NCBI GenBank assembly: GCA_002328825.1
Contig: DCWI01000097.1
Location: 1-60,587 of the forward strand
DNA length: 60,587 nucleotides
Direction: 5' to 3'
Origin: Nitrospiraceae bacterium UBA2166
GTDB taxonomy: Bacteria; Nitrospirota; Nitrospiria; Nitrospirales; UBA2166
Part shown: positions 28,425 to 39,002 of the stretch, piece after piece
Numbering within the stretch: position 1 is the stretch's first letter
Layout: each line of letters begins with the position of its first letter
Notes under the pieces: generated by a model
What the model saw: only the letters and a program-made list of their open reading frames with translations
The model's database searches: none
Told to the model about the DNA's origin: nothing
Position numbers and translations under genes: made by a program

Positions 28425-29770
28425 AGAAGTTATTCGGCACTGATGGAATTCGAGGACTTGCCAATACTGAGCCTATGACATGTGAAACGGTTGTGAAAAT
28501 TGGTCGGGCAGCTGCCTTTCTGTTTAAGGGAACATTGGGAAGGCATCGCATTGTTATCGGAAAAGATACTCGCCTCTCTGGATATATGCTTGAATCTGCA
28601 CTCACATCTGGAATCTGCTCGATGGGTGTTGATGTTGTACTTGTCGGTCCAATGCCAACACCTGCAATAGCATTTCTTACGCGAACTCTTCGTGCAGATG
28701 CTGGAATTATTCTTTCAGCGTCACATAATCCATTTGAAGATAATGGTATTAAGTTTTTTTCTCGAGATGGAATGAAGCTTCCAGATGATATGGAAGATAA
28801 AATTGAAAACCTTGTGCTTTCCGGTGAAATTGATTCGATTCGCCCGACTGCAAACGAAATAGGAAAAGCATTTAGAGTTGATGATGCAGAAGGACGTTAC
28901 ATCGAATATGTAAAACGTTCGATTCCTAAAGGGATGACTTTTGATGGACTCAAAGTTGTGATTGATACGGCACATGGCGCTGCATATAAAACTAGTCCAT
29001 ACGTTCTTCAGGAGCTTGGAGCATCAGTTATTGTACTGGCACATGAGCCGGACGGAATCAATATTAATCGTGACGTTGGATCACTTTATCCTGAACATAT
29101 CTGTCAAGCGGTAAAAACCCATGGTGCAGATATTGGTATTGCACATGATGGAGATGCAGATCGGGTTATCTTTGCCTCAGAGAAAGGCGATCTTATCGAT
29201 GGAGACAAAATTCTTGGCATGATAGCCTTGGACTTGTTTCAAAAAGGACACCTTGCTAAGAATACCGTTGTGTTGACGGTCATGAGCAATCTTGGAATTA
29301 TTCAAGCTATGGAACGTGCGGGTATCACTGTTTTACAAACTCAGGTTGGTGATCGCTATGTTCTCGAGGCTATGCTTAAAGGAGGTTTTATTTTTGGAGG
29401 GGAACCATCTGGACACGTGATTTTTATGAATCACAATACTACTGGGGATGGTCTAATCACTGCGCTACAGGTTTTAACAATGCTCAAGACGTCTGGATCA
29501 ACTCTCTCAAAAATAGCTAATGTCATCACAATGTATCCGCAGGTCCTCATTAACATCTCTGTCAAATCAAAACCTCCAATCAATGAAATTCCAGAACTTG
29601 CTCAAGCGATCAAAGATGTTGAAAAAAAGTTTAATGGTTCGGGCCGAGTCTTAGTTCGCTATTCTGGAACTGAATCTGTCCTCCGTGTTATGGTTGAAGG
29701 AGAGGATCAATGTCTTGTTGATATCACTGCCAATAAACTTGCGATGGTAGTAAAACAGCATTTAGGCTGA
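28421..29770 (+). CDS. glmM: phosphoglucosamine mutase
   Basis: Active-site SASHNPFEDNGIKF and the GDGDADR metal loop. ATGA overlap with folP. Confidence 0.95.
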   Translation: MKKLFGTDGIRGLANTEPMTCETVVKIGRAAAFLFKGTLGRHRIVIGKDTRLSGYMLESALTSGICSMGVDVVLVGPMPTPAIAFLTRTLRADAGIILSASHNPFEDNGIKFFSRDGMKLPDDMEDKIENLVLSGEIDSIRPTANEIGKAFRVDDAEGRYIEYVKRSIPKGMTFDGLKVVIDTAHGAAYKTSPYVLQELGASVIVLAHEPDGININRDVGSLYPEHICQAVKTHGADIGIAHDGDADRVIFASEKGDLIDGDKILGMIALDLFQKGHLAKNTVVLTVMSNLGIIQAMERAGITVLQTQVGDRYVLEAMLKGGFIFGGEPSGHVIFMNHNTTGDGLITALQVLTMLKTSGSTLSKIANVITMYPQVLINISVKSKPPINEIPELAQAIKDVEKKFNGSGRVLVRYSGTESVLRVMVEGEDQCLVDITANKLAMVVKQHLG

Positions 29771-30071
29771 CCACTGCGGTAGCAGTATTGTTGTGTTTCT
29801 CCTGTTACGGGAAATTACACGTCTGGAAGATTCATCATAATTATTCCGTTCTAGTAGTGAGAGCGAGATTCTCTCATTGTAGCTCGGATGATCATTCATC
29901 ACTCGTCAATTTAGCACGGCAGGCAGACATGTTTCGAAATTTGAGATGCCTTTTGGATTTCTCGCTCGTGCAAAGCCAGAGTACAACGGGCCCGCTACTA
30001 AAAGTCATAACCATGGCTGTTTGATCTAATCGCAAAGAATATGGGGATGTTGTTAAACAAGGAGTCATGAG

Positions 30072-30932
30072 ATGAAAAGAAATAAACTATTTTACAAAAA
30101 GATAATTTATACGATTTTCTTCTTCACATTTCTACCTTTCTCCTTTCCCGAAAACCTGATTGCAAAAAAAGAGGAAGTGTTCTCTCCAGAATACTATGCA
30201 AAAAAATTCATGGAATTTTCTCACGAGTTTTTGCCTCATGTTGACCAACTTGATAAATGTCTTTTTGAGATGGATGAATTTGAGGCTGGAGATGTTTTTA
30301 TTCAAGCTGAAGCATGTCAGAAATTTAAATCGATGCGACCAAAAACGATGGAGCTAGTTCAAAAACGACTAATACTCCAAACATCATATTCTAAAACCAT
30401 CAAGGAGTTTTCTGCTCATGGAGGCTTGCCTCACAAATGGTTGAATCTTGCTTCTGAAACAAATGCTCTTGAAAAAATTGATCGCGCCAGGGAGCTTACA
30501 ACGGCATTATTTGATGAATATGTGACGAAATATGAGGTTTTTGAATCCCAACTTGAGCGAACAGAAAAACTGAAAATTATCCTTTTACGAGACGCTGAGA
30601 TTAAAATTACAGGCCTTGATCTTGATCGGAGGCTTGGGATGTTATCAGAAGATCAAAAAAAACGTGAACAGCATTTTCTCAAAATTGCCACCTCCAATAT
30701 TTCTTCAAAGCGTCGTGCAAGCTGCATTACTGAAACATTTACAAAACGATATTGTGAATGTATTGATCAAAACCTTGCATGGGCTGTAGATTGGGAAAGT
30801 TTTTCGAATCTTTCTCAGATGCCACAATCAAAAGTTGGAGTAGATCGCGCCACAGAAGACATTCGTTCCAAAAAGATGATGGCTGGCCACATTCTAAATA
30901 CCAAAAAGCTTTGTGAGGAACTGAAATCGTAA
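30072..30932 (+). CDS. hypothetical secreted or membrane-anchored protein (orphan)
   Basis: AAGGAG SD 7 nt before the ATG. N-terminal hydrophobic segment IIYTIFFFTFLPFSF, a K/E-rich helical body and 7 Cys. No family motif recognised. Confidence 0.65.
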   Translation: MKRNKLFYKKIIYTIFFFTFLPFSFPENLIAKKEEVFSPEYYAKKFMEFSHEFLPHVDQLDKCLFEMDEFEAGDVFIQAEACQKFKSMRPKTMELVQKRLILQTSYSKTIKEFSAHGGLPHKWLNLASETNALEKIDRARELTTALFDEYVTKYEVFESQLERTEKLKIILLRDAEIKITGLDLDRRLGMLSEDQKKREQHFLKIATSNISSKRRASCITETFTKRYCECIDQNLAWAVDWESFSNLSQMPQSKVGVDRATEDIRSKKMMAGHILNTKKLCEELKS

Positions 30933-31059
30933 TGATGATTAGTCCACGCATCTACATTAAGGGCATTTTCCATTTTTTGAGTCCAAGATTTCCCTTCGAT
31001 CGTTTTGTTCAATTTCGTGGGAGCAGGATAGCTGAAAAATCGCGAGTGATTGAAAAGAG

Positions 31060-31135
31060 TGGTGAGCCGCCCCGGGCTCGAACCGGGGACACCCGCCTTA
31101 AAAGGGCGGTGCTCTGCCAACTGAGCTAGCGGCCC
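31060..31135 (-). tRNA. tRNA-Lys (anticodon UUU), CCA encoded
   Basis: The reverse complement is GGGCCGC-TA-GCTC-AGTTGGC-AGAGC-A-CCGCC-CTTTTAA-GGCGG-GTGTC-CCCGG-TTCGAGC-CCGGG-GCGGCTC-A-CCA. This folds as a full cloverleaf with one G-T pair in the acceptor stem. Confidence 0.95.
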
Positions 31136-31155
31136 ACTGCGTTGAACGGTGGGGG

Positions 31156-31184
31156 TTCTATCACGTTCTGAATCACTGCGTCAA
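31156..31184 (-). promoter_or_regulatory. possible tRNA-Lys promoter (TTGACG-17 nt-ATAGAA)
   Basis: Read on the minus strand. The -10 element ends about 20 nt upstream of the tRNA 5' end. The -10 is weak. Confidence 0.25.
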
Positions 31185-31597
31185 TGGTGATTTCGATCGT
31201 TTGACAAGAGAATTTTTGACCTTATTATCAAAGTTCATTCAGTATTTTATTATATCATCAGAGTGATTTCGGATTTATTTCCTGAATCGCCTCTTCATTA
31301 GCAGTATGTCTGTGGAGCTTCAGAAGCAGGATCTATTTTTCCACGCGAATGAATGATTCATTTTAAAATCAAAAATGATAATTCTTTGAAAGTTCTATCT
31401 TTTAGCTTAAGTGCGTTTGAGGAAAGTAGCGGAAAAACTTAAACTAGCACGATAAATCCGAGAATTGCGATAGGCAGGCTGTTTTCTTGGGAGTTTTTGT
31501 ATCGTGAGATGGATATGACATCGAGGATTCCTTTTTAGGACACCCTTAACGTCGGATAAGACATATTATGTTGCAAGGTAGGGTTTAAAAGGCAGCC

Positions 31598-32206
31598 TCA
31601 GGTTCGAGTAGTTCCCAAATGAGGCTCTGTTCCAGCACAAAGACGCGACAAGTTAGCGCGATGCCGGACCCATATCACCACTGCAACTCCAAGAGCAAAG
31701 AGGAGACGATCAAAGCTTGGATTCCACAGTGCGATAATTACTGGTAACAACATTGCTGCAACAAGAGATCCAAGCGCTGAGAATTTCCAAATGATTACGG
31801 TAATTACCCAGATTCCAAGTAGTAACATCCCAAGAACAGGATCTATGCCTAGAATCGCTCCTAACGCTGCGGCAACACCTTTCCCGCCATCAAAACGAAG
31901 AAATACGGAGTAACAATGCCCAATGATAACGGCAAAACCAATCAAGAGAAGATTACGTGGCTGAGTGGCATGTTCTTGAAAAAGAATTGGAATGAGAATA
32001 ATAGCGAGAAATCCTTTTCCAGTATCTCCTACTAGCGCATAAAATCCAGCTTTTTTTCCCGCAACGCGTAAGACATTGGTAAATCCAATATTGCCACTCC
32101 CGCTCACACGGGGGTCAATTCCCGTGGTTACTCTTGAGGCAATTAGCCCAACAGGAATCGACCCTAACAAATAGGCACAAACAATCTGAGTAAGGTCAAC
32201 CCACAT
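31598..32206 (-). CDS. plsY: glycerol-3-phosphate acyltransferase PlsY
   Basis: YLLGSIPVGL...GSGNIGFTNVLR motifs in a 202-aa membrane protein. Confidence 0.93.
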   Translation of the reverse strand: MWVDLTQIVCAYLLGSIPVGLIASRVTTGIDPRVSGSGNIGFTNVLRVAGKKAGFYALVGDTGKGFLAIILIPILFQEHATQPRNLLLIGFAVIIGHCYSVFLRFDGGKGVAAALGAILGIDPVLGMLLLGIWVITVIIWKFSALGSLVAAMLLPVIIALWNPSFDRLLFALGVAVVIWVRHRANLSRLCAGTEPHLGTTRT

Positions 32207-32220
32207 GTGATACTCCTTGC

Positions 32221-32802
32221 TTAGTGAGAGCTAAGTGTCATATGTTTCCATAGCTTTGCTGCATACTGAATTCCTGAAATTAACGCGAGGATGAGTGACG
32301 CATAAAGACATAGAGATCCCCACATATGAAGATCAGCAACCGTGATCGACTCATCTTGCAGCAATAAGAATACAATAGCCACAATTTGGAGAATCATTTT
32401 ATATTTTCCTGTGATATCTGCTCCTAACACTAAGCCTTGAGATGCCGCAAGCGAACGAAGTGCTGTAACTGAAAATTCTCTCCCAACAATGATAATCGCA
32501 ACCCAAGCGGCAACACGATCCATATCAACAAGTAGAAATAAGGCCGCCATGATCAAAAGTTTGTCTGCCACTGGATCTAAAAGGCGTCCAATGGTTGTAA
32601 CTTGCGAATGACGGCGTGCAATATAGCCGTCGAGCGCATCGGTGGCTGATGCTGTTAAAAAAACAGCTGTCGCGAAAAGCAGGCTGTATTCGAAAGAACT
32701 CACGACACTCATAATAAAGATTGGAATTAAAAGAATGCGCGCGAGGGTGAGAGTGTTGGGAAAATTCAAGGCTTTGAGACCTCTTGGATTCTCCATGATC
32801 AT
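32221..32802 (-). CDS. pgsA: CDP-diacylglycerol--glycerol-3-phosphate 3-phosphatidyltransferase
   Basis: CDP-alcohol phosphatidyltransferase motif DALDGYIARR...GRLLDPVADK. Confidence 0.92.
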   Translation of the reverse strand: MIMENPRGLKALNFPNTLTLARILLIPIFIMSVVSSFEYSLLFATAVFLTASATDALDGYIARRHSQVTTIGRLLDPVADKLLIMAALFLLVDMDRVAAWVAIIIVGREFSVTALRSLAASQGLVLGADITGKYKMILQIVAIVFLLLQDESITVADLHMWGSLCLYASLILALISGIQYAAKLWKHMTLSSH

Positions 32803-33767
32803 ATGATCCTAGACTTTAAAATATCATGCAGATGAAGAACGCCCTCTGTGTGCCCTTGGTGATTGGTTACAACTAACGACGTGATCGCGTGATGTTCCAT
32901 TACATGCAAGGCTTCTGTAGCAAAAGCATCTTTGAAAATTGTTCTCGGATGTGTTGACATAATTGCCTTTGCAGGAAGAGACAGAAAGTCTGCATTTTTT
33001 TCAATTCCTCTCCGCAAGTCACCATCTGTAATAATTCCAAGTAAATAGCCTTCCTTATCTTCCACGGTTGTTAAACCAAGTTTTTTGGATGTCATTTCAA
33101 AAGTTATGGTTTTTAGTGAAGCGTTCACTTGAACGCGAGGAATGCTCTCTTTCTCATGGAGAAGATCAGCAACGCGGAGCAGTCGTTTTCCAAGCATCCC
33201 TCCTGGGTGAACATGTGCAAAGTCTTGTTCATGAAAACCACGCTTGCGAAGGAGTGAGATGGCCAGTGAATCTCCCATTGCCAATGCCGCCGTTGTGCTT
33301 GCTGTTGGTGCAAGCCCAAGCGGACATGCTTCTTCGTCAACTGAGACATCAAGAATGACATTACTTTTATTCGCAATTGTAGAGCGTGGATTACCTACTA
33401 GTGCTACAATAGGCACACCAATTCGTTTGATTGCTGCAAGTATTTGGAGAATCTCATTTGTTTCACCACTATTGGATACAATGAGTGCAATATCGCTATG
33501 GGAAATCATTCCTATATCGCCATGAACGCCCTCTGCTGCATGCAAGAAAAACGCTGGAGTTCCTGTGCTTGCAAACGTTGAAGCTAGTTTTGCGCCAATG
33601 AGGCCAGATTTTCCCATTCCGATTACAACGATCTTCCCTTGACATTGGAACAGAATATCTACAGCGTCACTGAATTGCTTTCCTAAGCGAGCACGAAGCG
33701 CAAGGATTGCTTGTGCCTCTATCGCAAGGACTTGTTTCCCAGCCTCAATACTCATTTGAACTTCCAT
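32799..33767 (-). CDS. kdsD: arabinose-5-phosphate isomerase (KdsD/KpsF; SIS plus tandem CBS)
   Basis: SIS motif VIGMGKSG plus two C-terminal CBS domains. Positioned next to kdsA. Confidence 0.9.
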   Translation of the reverse strand: MEVQMSIEAGKQVLAIEAQAILALRARLGKQFSDAVDILFQCQGKIVVIGMGKSGLIGAKLASTFASTGTPAFFLHAAEGVHGDIGMISHSDIALIVSNSGETNEILQILAAIKRIGVPIVALVGNPRSTIANKSNVILDVSVDEEACPLGLAPTASTTAALAMGDSLAISLLRKRGFHEQDFAHVHPGGMLGKRLLRVADLLHEKESIPRVQVNASLKTITFEMTSKKLGLTTVEDKEGYLLGIITDGDLRRGIEKNADFLSLPAKAIMSTHPRTIFKDAFATEALHVMEHHAITSLVVTNHQGHTEGVLHLHDILKSRII

Positions 33768-34581
33768 GTGTTACCGAGGCAATGGCTTTGAGGTGAGTAA
33801 GTAGAGACTTGAGTTCTCCTAGAGGAAGCATATTGGGCCCATCGGAAGAAGCGTGATCTGGATTTGGGTGAACTTCCATAAAGATTCCATCGCATCCTGT
33901 AGCTATGGCAGCACGGGCTAAAGGTGCAATAAACTCGCGTTGACCAGATGAAATACTTTGACCGCCTCCTGGCAACTGCACACTATGAGTCGCATCAAAT
34001 ATGACAGGGTAACCAAAGGCGCGCATGATCATTAAAGAACGAAAATCAACAACAAGATTATTGTAGCCAAACATGGTGCCGCGTTCAGTGATGATGACAT
34101 TGTTATTTCCTTGGTCCGTTATTTTTTCAACAGCAAACTTTATGTCCCATGGCGCGAGAAATTGACCTTTCTTTATATTGATAGTTTTTCCAGTTTGTGC
34201 GGCGGCAACGATGAGATCTGTTTGTCTGCACAGAAAAGCTGGAATCTGCAGAATGTCAAGAACTTCACTTGCAGGTCTGATTTCTTCAATCGAATGAACG
34301 TCTGATAAAATAGGGATGTTAAACCTACTGCGAATTCGTTCAAGTATTTTGAGGCCAGAAAGTAACCCAGGGCCACGATATGATCGAAGAGAAGTCCGAT
34401 TAGCCTTATCGTATGATGATTTAAATACTAAAGAAAATCCAAACTGAGCGGTAAGATCCTTAAGTGTTGCAGCAATGTCGGTAAGTAGTGATTCCTCCTC
34501 AATAACACAAGGACCTGCGATAATTACGTGGGAGTTTTCATTCCCTATGGCAACGTTACCGGTGCGCACGGTGTGACCCAT
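33745..34581 (-). CDS. kdsA: 3-deoxy-8-phosphooctulonate (Kdo-8-P) synthase
   Basis: 278-aa KdsA-type TIM-barrel sequence (IAGPCVIE...KSSYDKANR...DATHSVQLPGG). Confidence 0.93.
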   Translation of the reverse strand: MGHTVRTGNVAIGNENSHVIIAGPCVIEEESLLTDIAATLKDLTAQFGFSLVFKSSYDKANRTSLRSYRGPGLLSGLKILERIRSRFNIPILSDVHSIEEIRPASEVLDILQIPAFLCRQTDLIVAAAQTGKTINIKKGQFLAPWDIKFAVEKITDQGNNNVIITERGTMFGYNNLVVDFRSLMIMRAFGYPVIFDATHSVQLPGGGQSISSGQREFIAPLARAAIATGCDGIFMEVHPNPDHASSDGPNMLPLGELKSLLTHLKAIASVTHGSSNEY

Positions 34582-34721
34582 ATTAAATCACTTCCATTCT
34601 GCTTATGAAAGTATTGCGTGGCGGTTGAATTCTCATACGTATCTACATGCTTTCTGTCTGTACCCTTCTTATCGGGGCATGACAAAAATTACAACAACCT
34701 GAATTGGTATAAACAACAATC

Positions 34722-36362
<1,641 letters not shown>

Positions 36363-36366
36363 TCAG

Positions 36367-37128
36367 CTACTTAGAGAGTGTCATGTCTATTAAGGGAATT
36401 ATTTTTTCTGCCTCCATAAGATCATCATGTGTATCAATCCGAATTGATGGATACTTCGTTTCCCAAGTTTGAATCGCGATGCCAGTTTCTATGGCACGAA
36501 GTTGTTCAAGATTCTCAGCAGCTTCAAGCATGCTGGTAGGCCTCGCTGCAAACTGTTGCAGAATTTTATTCCGGTATATGTAGATACCAATGTGCTCATA
36601 GATCGAATGAGTCCATGAAATAGATTCAAGACTTTTATTTTCGCGATGAAACGGAATCGCACTACGCGAAAAATACAGGGCTTTTCCCGTGTTATCAATC
36701 ACGACCTTTACCACATTTGGATTATGAAAGTTGGCGAGGACTGTCATAGGACGGCGCAAAGTCCCCATCTCTGCTGAACTTTTCAAAAAGGAATCAATAA
36801 GATCATTAAGTAATCGTGGATCAAAGAGTATTTCATCCCCTTGAACATTGACAATTATCTCATCAGGTATGTGTGATGTCACCTCTGCCACGCGATCAGT
36901 TCCTGTTCGCGCAGAAGGCTCTGTCAGGACAACCTCGCCATGAAATCCTTGGACGCATTGCCGAATATCCTCACTATCGGTGGCCACAATAACATGATTG
37001 ACACTCGAAGATTTAGATACAGCTTCGTAGACTGTTTGGATTAGTGGCTTTCCCCACAGCTTGGCCAAAGGTTTTCCAGGAAAACGTGAGGACCCAAACC
37101 TTGCTGGGATAACAACAAGTACTTTCAT
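36367..37128 (-). CDS. kdsB: 3-deoxy-manno-octulosonate cytidylyltransferase
   Basis: VVIPARFGSSRFPGKPL N-terminal motif in a 253-aa protein. Confidence 0.93.
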   Translation of the reverse strand: MKVLVVIPARFGSSRFPGKPLAKLWGKPLIQTVYEAVSKSSSVNHVIVATDSEDIRQCVQGFHGEVVLTEPSARTGTDRVAEVTSHIPDEIIVNVQGDEILFDPRLLNDLIDSFLKSSAEMGTLRRPMTVLANFHNPNVVKVVIDNTGKALYFSRSAIPFHRENKSLESISWTHSIYEHIGIYIYRNKILQQFAARPTSMLEAAENLEQLRAIETGIAIQTWETKYPSIRIDTHDDLMEAEKIIPLIDMTLSK

Positions 37129-38144
37129 TATTTGACAATTTCTGTGCCGTATGATGTTAGGGATTCTAACAATTCTTCTTGCACAACTGTTGACGTACCT
37201 ACTTTTCCAACAACAATTCCTGCGGCATGTGTAGCAAGAATAGCAGCCTCATAAAATGAAGCTCCGGCTGATAGTGCAAGAGCAAGCGTTGAAACGACCG
37301 TATCTCCAGCGCCTGTTACATCAAATACAGGTCTCGCTGTAGTTTGGATTCGCCGTGTTTCCTGCGCAACTTCAAAAAGGCTCATTCCATGCTCACCTTG
37401 TGTGATAAGCACAGCATCACACTGTTGCTGGTTTTGAATAGCACGACCGGCTTGCTCAATAAGTTCAAAGCTTGTGTTTGATGAAGGCCATATCCCCGTT
37501 GCGCTCATTGCCTCTCGTTGGTTTGGTGTTAGCATTGTTACTCCATTGTAACGTGAAAAATGCTCAACTTTTGGATCGACAATCACAGGAATTTTTCGTT
37601 CTGCTGCAAGTTTACAGATAGCTTGCATGATGGGAGCAGTCACCACTCCTTTTGCATAGTCCGAGATAACAATACAGGATACGTGAATAATATTGTGAGT
37701 AATTTGCTCAAGAAGGAGAGCTTCGAGGGTTGCGTCAATGTCATGCGCGCGTTCAGTATCAACTCTAACAACCTGTTGATTATGGGAAATGATACGTGTT
37801 TTTTGCGTCGTGGGTCGCTCATGGTCTGTGCAGAGACCAAATGAGCCGTTTCTAGAGTCAATGTCACAACACGTTTTGAGCTTTTCTCGAAGGAGCTGAG
37901 CAGGCTCATCGTCTCCTACAACCCCACACACCCATGCTTGTCCGCCAAGCGTAATGATATTGTGGAATACATTTCCTGCCCCTCCAAGCGCTTGAGTTCT
38001 AGATGTGACAGAAACAATGGGTACTGGGGCTTCTGGGGAAATACGCTCAACAGTACCCCAAAGGTAGTCATCAAGGATAAGATCGCCAACAATAAGAATT
38101 TTGGCAAAACGAAATTGTTCAACAAATGCAGCAAGATTGGTCAC
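37128..38144 (-). CDS. hldA: D-glycero-beta-D-manno-heptose-7-phosphate kinase (RfaE domain I type, PfkB family)
   Basis: PfkB ribokinase-like fold with a C-terminal DVTGAGDT motif. Kinase domain only, no fused adenylyltransferase. 1-nt overlap with kdsB. Confidence 0.85.
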   Translation of the reverse strand: MTNLAAFVEQFRFAKILIVGDLILDDYLWGTVERISPEAPVPIVSVTSRTQALGGAGNVFHNIITLGGQAWVCGVVGDDEPAQLLREKLKTCCDIDSRNGSFGLCTDHERPTTQKTRIISHNQQVVRVDTERAHDIDATLEALLLEQITHNIIHVSCIVISDYAKGVVTAPIMQAICKLAAERKIPVIVDPKVEHFSRYNGVTMLTPNQREAMSATGIWPSSNTSFELIEQAGRAIQNQQQCDAVLITQGEHGMSLFEVAQETRRIQTTARPVFDVTGAGDTVVSTLALALSAGASFYEAAILATHAAGIVVGKVGTSTVVQEELLESLTSYGTEIVK

Positions 38145-38282
38145 GTAATGGACTACCCGTACCCTGCATGATGTTTAAGAAATTCTTGGCAAATCAGTCT
38201 AGCATCGCCATTCAAAACGTGCGCAGAAGTACGTAAAGAGAAGATATTGATGATATCGTTGACGTCCTGCTTCAATATATTG

Positions 38283-38936
38283 CTACTGAACGACGTTTCC
38301 AAGTCGATTCCAGCGGACATTGGTATTTTCATGATCCCATGACCAATAAATCAAAAAAGCCTCCCCTTTAATTTTTTCTCTATTTACAAACCCCCAAAAT
38401 CGTCCATCAAGGCTTTGATCTCGATTGTCTCCCATAACAAAATATTTGTTTGGAGGAATAGTAATTGGGCCAAAATTATCTCGCGGATGCAAGTCAGCTG
38501 GCAAAATTGAAGAGTCGGTATGTTGCTTATAGGGTTCAACTATTGAGACGTCATTAACATATAAGACTTTATCCTTGAGTAAAACTCGATCCCCGGGTAG
38601 TCCTACAATACGTTTAATAAAATCTTTGCTTTCATCTTCTGGATATTTAAAAACAATGATATCTTGTTTTTCAGGCTCATCAAATGAAAACAAAACATGA
38701 TCAGTAAATGGAATTTTTACTCCAAACAAAAACTTGTTTACGAGAATGTGATCGCCAATTACCAACGTTGGAATCATGGATCCCGATGGAATCTTGAATG
38801 CCTGAACGACAAATGTCCGGATAATCAAGGCAAGAATGATAGCAATGATAATTGCTTCGGTGTATTCACGGACAAGAGATTTTTGTGGCTTTCCTTCATG
38901 GCGACTGGTTGACTCATTTTTTGCTAGCGGTGTCAT
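38283..38936 (-). CDS. lepB: signal peptidase I
   Basis: Catalytic Ser box IPSGSMIPTL, the Lys box and GDNRDQSLDGR. Confidence 0.93.
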   Translation of the reverse strand: MTPLAKNESTSRHEGKPQKSLVREYTEAIIIAIILALIIRTFVVQAFKIPSGSMIPTLVIGDHILVNKFLFGVKIPFTDHVLFSFDEPEKQDIIVFKYPEDESKDFIKRIVGLPGDRVLLKDKVLYVNDVSIVEPYKQHTDSSILPADLHPRDNFGPITIPPNKYFVMGDNRDQSLDGRFWGFVNREKIKGEAFLIYWSWDHENTNVRWNRLGNVVQ

Positions 38937-39002
38937 GTGTGTAGATAAGGAAATGGGTTTAGTCGTCGCATCTGGAATATCAGAATTTTCAATAATTCAT
39001 TG

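Noticed and set aside
29988-29997. GGGCCCGCTA, resembling the 5' end of the tRNA-Lys, as a possible att remnant
   Set aside because: It is only about 10 nt, in the wrong orientation, and matches the 5' rather than the 3' end of the tRNA. It is most likely chance.
29905-30015. Possible c-di-GMP-I (GEMM-I)-like riboswitch upstream of the orphan gene (TTCGAAA and GCAAAGCC at 29970-29977, AGCCA...TGGCT pairing)
   Set aside because: Only short motif resemblance from memory. I could not build the GC-rich P2 hairpin with its GNRA loop or a convincing P1. An Infernal scan is needed before any claim.
30815-31129. ORFs 30815-31120 (-) and 30932-31129 (+)
   Set aside because: Both run through the tRNA-Lys gene, whose cloverleaf is unambiguous.
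31419-31427. GAGGAAAGT, resembling the RNase P RNA P4 motif
   Set aside because: None of the other conserved RNase P elements are present, and the surrounding sequence is AT-rich and poorly structured.
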